Below, piece by piece: positions 51,295 to 63,773 of a DNA stretch of 64,000 nt. Source of the stretch: Eledone cirrhosa (lineage: Eukaryota); NCBI GenBank assembly GCA_964016885.1, contig OZ024741.1:219046001-219110000 (forward strand), in the 5' to 3' direction. Within the stretch, counting starts at the first letter, position 1, and every line of letters begins with the position of its first letter. A model generated the notes under the pieces. That model did not search any database. It was not told where the DNA came from and saw only the letters and a program-made list of their open reading frames with translations. Made by a program: the position numbers and the translations under genes.

Positions 51295-51313
51295 ATATAT
51301 ATGCAGAGGTTAT

Positions 51314-51555
51314 ATTTAATTTGTTGTGATTCAACAAGCTTAAGAATTTTTATAACTGATATAAAGCACTCAACTATCCAGGAAGCTCCAACCATTAAGG
51401 TTGTCTTTTTTTCCGGTTATGTCAATATTTATTTATAAAACAGATCTGTATTTTATCTGATGAAAGCGGACCATAATTTGCCTTGGTGGCCCTTGAAATA
51501 TGTATAATAAAATAAATATGGTTTTATAAATATAGTTTCCATTTATTAATATATT
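51314..51555 (+). repeat. Hammerhead repeat family C2 with an inverted copy of its own 3' end; motif at 51453-51510
   Basis: TTAT-CTGATGA-AAG..CTT-GAAAT-ATGT-ATA-ATAA; 51314-51375 is the diverged reverse complement of ~52482-52545. Confidence 0.7.
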
Positions 51556-51719
51556 GTATATATATATATATAAATGTATATATGTATATATATACATATA
51601 TATACATATATATATATGTATGTATATGTATATACATATATATGTATGTATATGTATATACATATATATATACATATATATATATATATATGTATAAATG
51701 TTTATATATATATATATTT

Positions 51720-52117
51720 ATTAGAAAGTGAGGTTTTTTTTACAAAATGGAAAATAACCGAGGTGTCCTACACGAGTGAAAGTATCAAGAAAAAAAGATG
51801 AAATCGAAAATTAGGTGAAAAACTTCATTTTTTCAGCTTCTTATGGCATTTTGGAGGTGTTACGTCTAGCCGATTTTCCCGAAATTTCAAGGCATATTAT
51901 GCACATAAAAAAATTCAATATCTTGATCCCCCAGGGCCCGCATTAGGTGAAAACCTGCATTTTTCCTGCTTCATCGAGGAAAATCTTAAACATTATCCAG
52001 CCATCAGAGTATTCGGTTTACATATTGTCCAGGCATGCAGTTTTTCCACGATTAGGTCTGTTGGCGGCCCGCGTTCCAAAATAACTTATCCCATGCACCG
52101 CCGGGTACCACTGCTAG
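51720..52117 (+). mobile_element. Non-autonomous Helitron
   Basis: 3' end TCCCATGCACCGCCGGGTACCACTG-CTAG|T; internal duplicated ATTAGGTGAAAA; 5' end merges into (TA)n. Confidence 0.62.
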
Positions 52118-52457
52118 TATTAAATAAATGGAAACTATATTTATAAAACCATATTTATTTTATTATATATATTTCAAGGGTACCAAGACACATTGATACG
52201 CTTTCATCAGATAATATACAAAGTTTGTTTTATAAATAGAGACATACCCATGAAAATCATACCTTATCGGTTGGAAATTCACTGGATAGTCAGTGAATTT
52301 CCAACCGATAAGGTATGATTTTCATGGGTATGTCTCTATTTATAAAACAAACTTTGTATATTATCTGATGAAAGCGTATCAATGTGTCTTGGTACCCTTG
52401 AAATATATATAATAAAATAAATATGGTTTTATAAATATAGTTTCCATTTATTTAATA
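52118..52457. repeat. Perfect ~340-bp palindrome (loop GATAGT at 52285-52290); element continues to ~52545
   Basis: 167-bp arms with no mismatch seen. Confidence 0.96.
52361..52415 (+). ncRNA. Type-I hammerhead motif, family C2 (mirror 52160-52214 minus)
   Basis: TTAT-CTGATGA-AAGcGTATC..GGTACcCTT-GAAAT-ATAT-ATA-ATAA. Confidence 0.78.
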
Positions 52458-52920
52458 TCATTGAATATTTACTCCAGTAAACTGTTGAGTGCTCTAAATC
52501 AGTTATAAACATTTATATTTGTTGGACTTCCAACAAATTAAATACACCTCTTCCTGAACATGCAACCCCGTTCTTCCCCCAACCCTCACTTTCACATACA
52601 CACACACACCTACACACACACACCACCTTCAGCCCTCCCCGCTCGGACACCCCGCCTCCCTCTCCCCACTCCACCCGCCCACCACCCCTACTCACCCCAC
52701 ACCCTTCCACCACCTGTTTACCCCCCTTTTAATTTCAGTTTATTTTGATCATGCCTTTATTTTTAAATTTTCTCATTCCTTATATTTTGATCATGCTTTA
52801 TTTTTATTTTTTATATTTTTTGTCTTTATTTGTTAATTTTTCATTCGCACCGTTTCCTTTCGCTATATGTCTCTCCACCACTCCCCTACACACCTTTTGA
52901 ACTCTGTTCCCACACACTTC

Positions 52921-52958
52921 TCACCTGAGGAAGGGCTTATGCCTGAAACGTCGTCCCC
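52921..52958 (+). ncRNA. Degenerate minimal hammerhead motif in a probable pLTR remnant
   Basis: CTGAGGA-AGGGC-TTAT-GCCT-GAAAC-GTC-GTC; stem I does not pair. Confidence 0.4.
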
Positions 52959-53525
52959 CACCTACCCCCCACTCTCCTGAGCGTGAATTTAATAAACATT
53001 TATTGTACTGCCTCTCTGTTCTGTCCCTGTTCAAATTTTTCATTATATATATATATATATATATATATATAGGTATATATATAATAAGGAGTTGACGGAC
53101 CCAGCATATTTATCAATGCCAGGACTGGTTGTATCTCAGCATACTCCATGGGCAATGTAAGATACGTTCCTGCAAGCAGGGAAAAGCGGACGTAAAATGA
53201 TGATGATGATATATATATATATATATGTATGTAGTATAGTAGGGAATTTAGATGGATTTTTTTACATAGGCACAGAAGACAACATATATATATATATATG
53301 TGTGTGTGTGTGTTGTGTGTGTGTGTGTATACATGTACTATTTTTTCCTTCTTTTTATATTTCTATATTTTTCTTCCTGCTAACAGTTGTACAAGTGTTT
53401 TAATTAGCTGCTATATCTGTACCTGTCTGTACATCAGTCTGTCTCTCTTTGTGGTCTTTCTCCTTCTCTGGTCTCTCTCCCTCTCTCACTCTGCATTCTA
53501 TTTACTCCCTCTCTCTTTGATTATA

Positions 53526-54823
53526 ATCAGTGTAACAAAAAAAAAATTTTTCTCTGTTCCTGGCTTGTAATCACTTTTTTTTGAGCTGCTTAGATCCCAA
53601 ATAAATAAAAAAAAAAAGTACTATTAAACAGTTAAAAGTTTGGGTTTGTAAAAATTCTAAGCTATTCACTAGAATTATTTGTATGCTGGATTTTACGTTG
53701 TATGTAAGTTTAATTTGCTTATGTTAAATGATTTTTTTTATATATGTTTCAGGTTAAATTAAAATTATAAATAAAGAGTAATACCTAAAGAAAATTATAA
53801 AAGTGCAATAAAGTATAAAATTGTTAAAAAGTGGATTAAAGAGATTTATTGATACTGGATTTTCACACCCTGAATAAAGGGCAAGTTGTGTTTTAAGCAT
53901 TCGTCTCCAGGATGAAGCCGTGGAACTTGGTCAAGGAGGAAGTGCAGGTGACAAGTCAGAGAAGTCGACACAAACCTTTCTCAGGCTTTTACACTCTTAG
54001 GGATGGCCTCTGCTTCTGCCATGATGTGCCTGGACTGTTTGACGTTATCGGGGTGCCGTTTGTGCCCAAGGAGTGGCGGCTATTTATAGACAGCTCCACC
54101 ACAAGTTTGAAGGCTGTCCTCCTCCACAATGGAAACAAGTTCTCGACACCGCCCCTAGCTCATTCAGTCTGCCCGACGGAAGATTACTACAGTGTGAAAG
54201 TCCTCTTGGAAACTCTGCAATACAACCAGTACAATTGGGATATCATTGGAGACTTCAAGATGGTGGCTTTCCTGCTTGGACTCCAAGGAGGCTTTATCAA
54301 ATTCCAATGCTTCCTCTGCCTTTGGGACAGCAGAGCCACCTCTGACCACTACAAAAGAAAGAACTGGGAGCAGCGAACAGAATTTGTAGTTGGGACCCAG
54401 AACGTCATGTGGGACCCACTAGTTGATCCCAGGATTGTGCTCATGCCGCCACTGCACATTAAGTTGGGGTTGATGAAGCAGTTTGTGCGGGAATGTGACC
54501 TGGAATACAACCGCAAATCCAGGAAATTCAGTCATTTCTGACGTTGTATAAGTTGCTTTATAAGTGTTATTTGTTTTTACTTGTTTGCTTTTGATAAGCT
54601 TGTGTAATAAAATAAATATATACTCTGTTGATTTAATTATATGAACTGATAAATTTAAAAAAAATGTTTTTTCTTGAAAAATATGAAAATTTCGAAATAT
54701 CAAACTCCTGACCACAAACCCAAACTTCTGATTAAATAATAGTGTTTTTTTTTATAATAATGGGATATAACAAACCATGAAATGACACTTATAACCGGGG
54801 AACACAAAATATGTTACACAGTG
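53526..54823 (+). mobile_element. Second Chapaev3-type element with additional deletions
   Basis: Reverse complement of 6426-8222; right TIR TGTTACACAGTG intact, left TIR eroded; ORF 53912..54541 fuses LGLMKQFV directly to RECDLEYNRKSR. Confidence 0.9.
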
Positions 54824-54879
54824 TTATGAACTCCTCTCTTTGTCTCTATTATCTCTATAATGTCTTTCTCTGTTTGTGG

Positions 54880-54936
<57 letters not shown>

Positions 54937-55051
54937 ATGAAGGAAGTGTGGTAAGGAACCAGGTGGACCATAACCCTCCAGAGTACTCAATACTTAGGGT
55001 AGTAGAGTGGGTAATAGGCTTGAGCTCTGCCGTCGGGATCTTGAACATTTT

Positions 55052-55118
<67 letters not shown>

Positions 55119-55334
55119 CTCTCTGATTATAGTCCCTCTCTTTCTCACTCTCTTCCTGTATACCCTCACCATCTACTTCTCTCAATACACATTTATATAC
55201 ACACACAACAATCCTCTCACATAGACACACCGTTGTAATAAAGATTATTTTACTACACTTTGCTTTCTTATTATTTATTTTGTTGTGTTACCTTTATTTT
55301 TGTTTTATACTCATTATTTACAAGCAGAAACCCA

Positions 55335-56530
55335 TATTTGTACCATCCTCTACCTTCCTGTACTATCCTGTACCATCCTGTACTGTCCTGTACTGGTCTG
55401 TACTGTCTTCTACCGCCCTCTACTGTCCTCTACTGTCCTGTACCACCCTGTAACGTCCTGTACCACCCTGTACCGTCCTCTACTGTCATCTACCGTCATC
55501 TACTGTATTGTACCGTCCTGTACTGCCCTGTACCATCCTCTATCATCTTCTACCGTCCCATACCATCCTGTACCATCCTGTACTGTCATGTACCGTCCCG
55601 TACCATCCTGTACCATCCTGTACTGTCTTGTACCATCCTGTACCTCCTGCACCATCCTGTACTGTCATGTACCTTCCTGTACTGTCCTGTACTGTTATGT
55701 ACCGTCCTGTACCGCCCTGTACCATCCTGTACCATCCTGTACCATCCTGTACCGTTCTGTACCATCCTGTACTGTCCTGTACCGTCCTGTACCGTACTGT
55801 ACCGTTCTGTACCATCCTGTACCGTCCTGCACTGTCCTGTACCATCCTGTACCCCCTGCATCATTCTGTACTGTCCTACTGTCCTCTACCGTGCTGTACC
55901 GTCCTGTACTGTCCTCTACCATCCTGTACCATCCTGTACTGTCCTCTACCGTGCTGTACCGCCCTGTTCTGTCCTGTACCGTCCTGTACCATCCTGTACT
56001 GTCCTACTGTCCTCTACCGTGCTGTACCGCCCTGTTCTGTCCTCTACCGTGCTGTACCGCCCTGTTCTGTCCTGTACCGTCCTGTACCATCCTGTACTGT
56101 CCTACTATCTTCTACCGTGCTGTACCGCCCTGTTCTGTCCCGCCCTGTTCTGTCCTGTACCGTCCTCTACCATCCTGTACTGTCCTCTACCGTCCTGTAC
56201 CATCCTGTACTGTCCTACTGTCCTCTACCGTGCTGTACCGCCCTGTTCTGTCCTGTACCGCCCTGTTCTGTCCTGTACCGTCCTCTACCGTCCTGTACTG
56301 TCCTCTACCATCCTGTACCATCCTGTACTGTCCTACTGTCCTCTACCGTGCTGTACCGCCCTGTTCTGTCCTGTACCGTCCTCTACCGTCCTGTACTGTC
56401 CTCTACCGTCCTGTACCATCCTGTACTGTTCTACTGTCCTCTACCGTCCTGTACCATCCTCTACTGTCCTGTACCATCCTCTACTGTCCTGTACCGTCCT
56501 CTACTGTCTTGTGCTATCCTGTGCTGTCCT
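55335..56530 (+). repeat. 10-bp minisatellite (CTGTACCATC/CTGTACTGTC) with higher-order blocks
   Basis: Visible directly. Confidence 0.97.
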
Positions 56531-56584
56531 TAATGTATTTTTTGTAAACCCTTTGTGGTCAATGCAAACATTATCTATAGGGTA

Positions 56585-56770
56585 GGGCGGTGATTTGGCA
56601 GTATCGGTAGAGGGTCGGACATGCTTTCCAGCATAGTTATGTCCCTTTACGATCTGAGTTCAAATCCGGCCGAGGTTAACTTTGCCTTTCATCCTTGCGG
56701 GGTCGATAAAATAAAGTACCAGTAATGTACTGGGTAATTGCTGGCCTTGTGCCTAAAATAGAAACAATTA
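56585..56770 (+). mobile_element. tRNA-head Meta-domain SINE
   Basis: A-box-like TGGCAGTATCGG, B box GTTCAAATCC, GCCTTTCATCCTTGCGGGGTCGATAAAATAAAGTACCAG. Confidence 0.82.
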
Positions 56771-56783
56771 TCTATGTTATTAA

Positions 56784-56990
56784 TAATTGTTTCTAATTTA
56801 GGCACAAGGCCAGCAATTTAAGGGGAGGAGAAAGTCGATTTAATCGACCCCAGTGCATGACTGGTATTTTTTTTATCGACCCCCTGACAGACAAAGCTAA
56901 CCTCAGTAGGCTTTCAACTCAGTATGTAAAGGGCCGTAACTCTATGCTGAAAAGCATGGCATACGGCACTCCACCGATACCTCCAATGCA
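56784..56990 (-). mobile_element. Meta-domain SINE, tail-to-tail with the previous copy
   Basis: Diverged reverse complement. Confidence 0.75.
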
Positions 56991-57019
56991 CTGCATTTCT
57001 GATTTAGGTGGTATTTAGT

Positions 57020-57657
57020 TCTGGCTCTTTATGTTCTGAGTTCAAATCCTGAGTTCATCCTTCTGGGGGCAATAAAATAAAGAACCAGTTAAGTATTAGG
57101 GTCAATATAATTGACTCACTCCACCCCTCTAATTGCTGGCCTTGGAGTCAATATAACTAACTCCCTCCACCCCTCCAATTGCTGACTTTGGGATCACTAT
57201 AACTGATTCACATCACCCCTCCAATTGATGACCCTGGGTCAATATGATTTACTCCCTCCACCCCTCCAATTGCTGACCTTGGGGTCAATATATTTGACCC
57301 TGCCCCCCTCCAATTGCTGACCTTGGGGTTAATATAACTGACTCCTTCTCCCCTCCAATTCCTGACTTTGGGATCAATATAACAAACTCACACCACCCCT
57401 CCAATTGCTGACCCCTGGGTCAATATGATTTACTCCCTCCACCCCTCCAATTGCTGGCCTTGGGGTCAATATATTTTACACCCCCTCCAATTGCTGACCC
57501 CTGGGTCAATATGATTTACTCCCTCCACCTCTCCAATTGCTGACCTTGGGATCAATATATTTGACTACCCTCGCTTCCAATTGCTGACACCTGGGTCAAT
57601 ATATTTGACACCTCCCCCTCCAATTGCTGGCATTGTGTCTATGTTAGAAAGAATTAA
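57020..57657 (+). repeat. Meta SINE whose internal ~41-bp segment is amplified about 13 times
   Basis: SINE start, then (GGGTCAATAT..ACTC..CCACCCCTCCAATTGCTGACCTT)n, then the normal SINE end TTGTGTCTATGTTAGAAAGAATTA. Confidence 0.85.
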
Positions 57658-57979
57658 ATCTGGTGAAATGGAGTGGGTTGGCAGAATTGTTAGAACAGCA
57701 GACAAAATATTTTGTAGTGTTTAGTTCCAGACCAGACCTCAATGTAGTGGCCAAATACTGGGGTTGATATAATTGTAGGGGGTGGTAGGTAATGACAAGG
57801 GGTCGGAGATAGTGGTGGGGGAGGGTGTGACAGTAGTAGGGGAGGGTGTGACAGTGGTAGGGGAGGGTGTGACAGTGGTAGGGGAGGGTGTGACAATGGT
57901 AGGAGAGGGTGTAAATATGTGGTAAGGTCAATAATATAAGGTCACAGATATCATTCTAGATCAAGAAGACATTGACATT

Positions 57980-58146
57980 AAAACAACAACAATAACAGCA
58001 ATAGCAGCAATAACAACAACAACAACAGCAACAATAGCTACATTTAAAGCAACAACAACAACAACAACAACAGCTACAGCAACAACAATAACAACAATAA
58101 CAACAACAGCTACAGCAACAACAATAACAACAATAACAGCTACAGG

Positions 58147-58177
<31 letters not shown>

Positions 58178-58403
58178 GTTATGGCAACAACAACAATAAC
58201 AACAACAATAGCAGCAACAACAACAGCAACAATAGCTACATTTAAAGCAACAACAACAACAACAACAACAGCTACAGTAACAACAATAACAACAACAATA
58301 ACAGCAACAACACAAGCACCACCAAGAACAGCAACTACAACAGCAGTTACAATACCATCACTACCAACAACAACAATACCTACTACTACTACCACCACTA
58401 CTG

Positions 58404-58453
<50 letters not shown>

Positions 58454-58790
58454 GCCACTACTACAACTACTACTGCCACTACTACTACTACTGCCATTAC
58501 TACTACTACGACTACGACTACCACCACCACCACTACTACTACCACCACAACCAACACAACCACCACCACTACTACTACCAGCACCAGCACCAGCACCACT
58601 ACTACTACCACCACGACCACCACCACTACTACTACCACCACCACCACCACAACCACCACCACCACCACTACTACTACCACCGCAACCACCACCACCACCA
58701 CAACCACCACCACAACCACCACCACTACTACTACCACCACCACCACCACCACCACCACCACCACCACTACTACTACTACTACAACAAGCT
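57980..58790 (+). repeat. (CAA)n/(CTA)n/(CCA)n microsatellite block
   Basis: Visible directly. Confidence 0.95.
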
Positions 58791-59074
58791 AATGATAAAT
58801 TTTAAGTATGTCATTATATTTTGTATTCTTCAACAAAAATGTAAAACATTTGGAAAAAATTTGAATGAGAATGGATTTTGACCTTATATATATACATATA
58901 TACACATATTAGTATATATACACACACATGTGTGTATATAACAGGCATTCATCTCATATATATCATCAATTGTATTGTTCACCTATGTTGTTTTTCTTTG
59001 TTGACTTTTTCATGTAAAGATTTACATCATTATTGTTATTTAGAGGGTCTGACGCCATGCTTTGAAGCAAAGAC

Positions 59075-59210
59075 TTATGGCCCTTTATGTTCTGAGTTCA
59101 AATCCCGCCGAGGTTAACTTTGCCTTTCATCCTTACGGGGTCGATAAAATAAAGTACCAGTAATACACTCGGTAATTGCTGGCCTTGTGCCTAAAGTAGA
59201 AACAATTATT
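59075..59210 (+). mobile_element. Meta-domain SINE fragment
   Basis: Close match to 56640-56770. Confidence 0.82.
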
Positions 59211-59359
59211 GTTATTTAATGTCCAATTACCCTGCTAGCAAGGGTTGGACAGATCTATATTGACCAAGTCAGTACTGAAACAAAGCTACTGATCTTCCAG
59301 ACAAGCCAGGGATCTGAGTCTTGCTTATGTACACACTCTCCCCCTCTCTCTCTCTCTCT

Positions 59360-59630
59360 TTCTCAGACCAGGCTTTGCGTTGTGTTCTTGAGCAAGACAC
59401 TTCATTTGACATTGCTCCAGTTTACTCAACTGTAGAAATGAGTTGTGATGTCACTGGTGCTAAGCTGTATCAGCCATTGATTTTCCCTTGGACAACATTG
59501 GTGGTGTGGAGAGAGGAGACTGGTATACATGGGTGACTGCTGGTCCTTGCAACTGGACTTGTGTCTCGGAAGGGAACTTTCTAGGTGCAAATCCCATGGT
59601 CATTCATGATCAAAGGGGGGTCTTTACCCA
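59360..59630 (+). mobile_element. CORE SINE with the alternative tail, head missing
   Basis: TCTCAGACC..TTCTTGAGCAAGACACTT..GTAGAAATGAG then a tail matching 47808-47885. Confidence 0.78.
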
Positions 59631-59649
59631 CATATATATATATATATAT

Positions 59650-59962
59650 CATCCAGTAGTCTCTTGCCTACAACTAATCTAATCTTAATTATTCTTTTAC
59701 TAACTCAAACTACCTCTATTGTCTTATCAATCCATCTCTCAGCCAGTAAAATGCCTACTCCACCTAACCCATCATCATTACCCACCCAGAAAAGCTTATA
59801 ACTAAGATGTTCGCCTGCGATTAGTCTTGCAGAGGCACCTCTCCATCTCACCTCTTGCACACAGCGCACATCCACATGCCTTCTCTCCAGCATCTCCACT
59901 ATCTCACCAGATCTACCTGTTAGAGTGTCAACATTAAATGTGGCAACTCTGAGATGCAACAA
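59650..59962 (-). pseudogene. RTE apurinic endonuclease N-terminal fragment
   Basis: LRVATFNVDTL..VDVRCVQEVRWRG..KLFWVG..GGVGILL. Confidence 0.9.
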
Positions 59963-60611
59963 AATATTAAGTTAACTTGAAGTTAATAGCTTGAACACAG
60001 GTTTTCAGCCATGAAAAATAGTCAATGTTGGTCATATAAGCTCCTGGAGATGGAAAAAAGTGGACAGTATCAATGATGGTGATTGATAAAGATTAAATAA
60101 TAGAAAGGGCCTCAATACAGCCAGTTCCCTTCACAATTAGAGCCAGCTGGCCTTGACTGTGGCGGTGATGAGAGTCCCAACAGTTTAAACCTCTTCCATT
60201 TTGAGAGGGGCAAATGCTTAATTTGGGATAAGATGTTTAGTGCCCTGTTCTCTGCCTCCAACCTTGTTGTTTCATCCACAAACTTGGGCTCCGGTGTCCA
60301 CAATGTGAGGAAATGAAGGTAGTTAAATACCAGGGCCTGACCAACTGCTTTCTCTTGGCACTGGTTTCCATCAAGACCTCTGACATACTTGGTGTCCACA
60401 CTGCTGATTTCTTCTGTAAAGTCTGAAAGACTGCACCTCACTTGAAGAGGGAGTCCCATGAGGTAAGGTGGCTGTTGCAGTGGGTGTCTCTGTCCATTCT
60501 TCATGATAACATCTTTGCCATTTTGTCTGTGGGGCATGGCTGAGGCACTGTTCAGACTGGGATGTAGTATCTGTCCCTCACCCTCTCTCTTTCTTTCATT
60601 TCTTGATCCTC

Positions 60612-60868
60612 AATCATCTCTAGTGTGACATCATCCCCCCTTCCTCCCTCAGTCACCTCTAGTGTGTGACGTCATTGCCCCTTCCTTCCTTAGTCATCTC
60701 TAGGGTGTGACGTCATCACCCCTTCCTTCCTCAGTCAACTCTAGTGTGTGACGTCATCACCCCTTCCTTCCTTAGTCATCCCTAGTGTGTGACGTCATCA
60801 CCCCTTCTTTCCTCAGTCTACTCTAGTCTGTGACGTCATCACCCCTTCCTTCCTCAGTCTACTCTAGA
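60612..60868 (+). repeat. ~41-bp minisatellite (CTAGTGTGTGACGTCATCACCCCTTCCTTCCTCAGTCAACT), about 6 units
   Basis: Visible directly; followed by a GACGGACAGAC..TTTATATATTGA motif resembling Helitron 5' ends. Confidence 0.88.
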
Positions 60869-61611
60869 TAGACGTGTGATAGACGGACAGACGGAAGTCA
60901 CTCAAATTTATATATTGACTGCTCAGTTATCTTTATGTAACTGGTCTACATGCACTGGAAGATACTTACAAATGTTTTCAGTTTCTGTGAGTCCTTCTAG
61001 CATAATCTTTCAACAGGGAGTATCTGAGGTTTAAATAGCCTTACCATGTTTGACAGTGGACTTTTGATTAAATAACTTATCATACCACTTCTGCCAACCA
61101 GCCAACTAATCAACAAATCAGCCAACCAGCCAGCCAACCAGCCAGCTGGCTAACCATCCAGCCATCCAACCATCCAGCCAACCATTCAACTGGCTAACCA
61201 ACCAGCCAGCCAACTATCCAACTGGCTAACCAACCAGCCAGGTGGTGGTGGTTGGTGATTGAGGTGGTGGTAGTAGTTGTTGTTATGGTGGTGGTTGGTA
61301 GTTGTGGTGATGGAGATGGTGTTAGTGGTGGTGGTTGTGGTGGCGGTGGTGATGGAGATGGTGATGGTAGTGGTGGTGGTGGTAGTGGTGGTGGCGGGAG
61401 GTGGCGGCAGGAGGTGGTGGTAGTGATTGTGGTGGGTGGTCGGTACTGGTGGGGGTGTAATAGTGGTAGTAGTGGTGGTAGAATTTGTAGGAGAGTTGTT
61501 TTTGATGTTTAGGGATAAAATGATTATATCTTTAAAGTTGCATTTTCTCTCCTCCCCCACCCCACCCTCACACAAAGGAAAAAAGGAAAACAAAAGAATA
61601 CAAGAAACAGT

Positions 61612-61648
<37 letters not shown>

Positions 61649-61714
61649 ATATATAGATAGATAGAGATATACATATGTGTATAGATGTGTGTGTGTATAT
61701 ATATATATATATGT

Positions 61715-62046
61715 GGAGGCACATGGCTTAGTGGTTAGAGCATTGGCCTTGCAATCGAAAGGTTGTGAGTTCAATTCTCAGACCGGGTGATGTGTTGTTT
61801 CCTTGAGCAAGGCACTTTATTTCACATTGCTCCAGTTTACTCAGCTGTAGGAATGAGATGATAGGGACTCAAGTCTCATTCCACTGCAAAGTGGGCGTGG
61901 AGGTGCCACGGCAAAAAAGCACCCAGCACTCACTGTAAAAGAGGTTGGTGTTAGGAAGGGCATCCAGCTGTAGAAATGAAGCCAGAATCAGTTCCCGTCC
62001 CACCCTTGCAAGCAGGGAAAAGTGGACGTAAAATGAAATGAAATGA
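61715..62046 (+). mobile_element. tRNA/CORE SINE, full length
   Basis: Matches 9166-9507. Confidence 0.92.
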
Positions 62047-62149
62047 AAAAAAATATATATATTTAAATGAAAGTATAGAAATTATTGTGAGCATGAAGCC
62101 AACAGTATTTCAAAATATATATAATATATATATTTCATAATATATATAT

Positions 62150-62202
<53 letters not shown>

Positions 62203-62329
62203 TAAATCAATGGTAGGGTCTAAACCGTATGAAGAACTCAATGTAATCCGTATGTAAATGTCGTGAAGCAAAGTTTAAAATACAAAATTTTCAATGATAT
62301 AATTCATTGGATACAGAGTCAAAAATAGA

Positions 62330-62691
62330 AATATTAAAACAATGAAATTAAACAAAAAACGGTTAATTCATAGTAAAATTCATTATTTTACGATCGTTTC
62401 TGGGGGGTAGTTCCCTGTATACCCATTCTATTATTGATATATGTAAAATATATTACAAAATATCATAGTAAGAAAAGATACATACGTCTTCACTACCCGC
62501 CGTCTTCAGAAATTTCTGAAGACGGCGGGTAGGGAAGACGTATGTATCTTTTCTTACTATGATATTTTGTAATATGTTTTACATATATCAATAATAGAAT
62601 GGGTATACAGGGAACTACCCCCCAGAAACGATCGTAAAATATTGCGTTTTACTATGAATTAACAGTTTTTTTGTTTAATTTCATTGTTTTA

Positions 62692-62696
<5 letters not shown>
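62330..62696. repeat. ~370-bp palindrome with no loop (axis CAGAAA|TTTCTG at 62512/62513)
   Basis: Arms are reverse complements with a few mismatches. Confidence 0.95.
62512..62640 (+). ncRNA. Type-I hammerhead motif, family E, with a ~100-nt stem-II domain (mirror 62385-62513 minus)
   Basis: ATTT-CTGAAGA-cGGcGGGTAG...CTACCCcCCa-GAAAC-GATC-GTA-AAAT. Confidence 0.7.
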
Positions 62697-62782
<86 letters not shown>

Positions 62783-63069
62783 CACGTGGGAAAGTAAAAA
62801 ATCGGAGAATAGACCGTTAAAACATGTTTATTTAAAATATCACCTACGTACGTTTCGCCCAGTTGGGCTTCTCAAGGGCATAAATAATCACAAGTGTTCC
62901 ATATATAGTTCGGAAATAGTTTCGGGGGTTAAATCTACATCAAGATTCATTGCTCGCAAAAATATCTTGTTTTGATTTTGCAGCAGGTCAAGGGAGGTAA
63001 CTCTGGCCGGTGTTAGGGCAGTCTTTCCCGGATAATTTTTAATTTTTTTAATTTGTTTATAGATGCACT

Positions 63070-63435
63070 ATTAGATGCACTATTACTAGCCACAATAGCG
63101 TTAAACATTATATAGGGGCCACCTCCGGCCCGTTCAAAATTAGGTTTCGAACACATCTCCACTCTTTCACAAATAGAAAACTAAGGCACTCCACTTCGCT
63201 CGCGGACTACATCACATCACTAAAGGACTTAAACATCAGCTTCTCCACGCACTGGGAGATTGTCGGCAGGGCTGCACCGTACAACTTCAAGAGGAAATGC
63301 GATCTTTGCCTCATGGAGCTCTACCACATCATAACTGCACCCCACGAGCTTATCAACAGCAGAGCTGAAACAGCGATAAGTTGTACACATCGCTTAAAAA
63401 TATCCTTCTTTAGATGGGTTAAGGATGAAGAGTGA
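63070..63435 (+). pseudogene. GIY-YIG endonuclease remnant (not in the ORF track because it has no start codon)
   Basis: RCTITSHNSVKHYIGATSGPFKIRFRTHLHSF..TSLADYI..WEIVGRAAPY..CDLCLME..INSRAE..CTHR..stop. Confidence 0.88.
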
Positions 63436-63734
63436 AATAGTACACTGGATCTCCCTGCAACAAGTCTTAACACCCCGGCGGGCAGGCGCTGCAAAATAAC
63501 ACCCAGAAAACAATCCTTGCATACCAGACCCAGCTTCAGACAAACGGATGCGGCAAAAAAAAAAAAAAAAAAAAAAAATTATCCGGGAAAGACTGCCCTA
63601 ACACCGGCCAGAGTTACCTCCCTTGACCTGCTGCAAAATCAAAACAAGATATTTTTGCGAGCAATGAATCTTGATGTAGATTTAACCCCCGAAACTCTTT
63701 CCGACCTATATATGGAACACTTGTGATTATTTAT

Positions 63735-63773
63735 GCCCTTGAGAAGCCCAACTGGGCGAAACGTACGTAGGTG
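63735..63773 (+). ncRNA. Minimal type-I hammerhead motif, family F, U3-A8 core variant (mirror 62841-62879 minus)
   Basis: CC-TTGAGAA-GCCC-AACT-GGGC-GAAAC-GTAC-GTA-GG with palindromic stem III ACGTACGT. Confidence 0.75.

Noticed and set aside
55260-56585. Long ORFs (441, 420 and 341 aa) in all three plus frames
   Set aside because: Produced by a stop-free 10-bp minisatellite; the same peptide permutes in every frame.
57956-58792. Poly-Thr, poly-Val and poly-Cys ORFs (mucin- or metallothionein-like)
   Set aside because: Triplet microsatellites with no unique flanking coding sequence.
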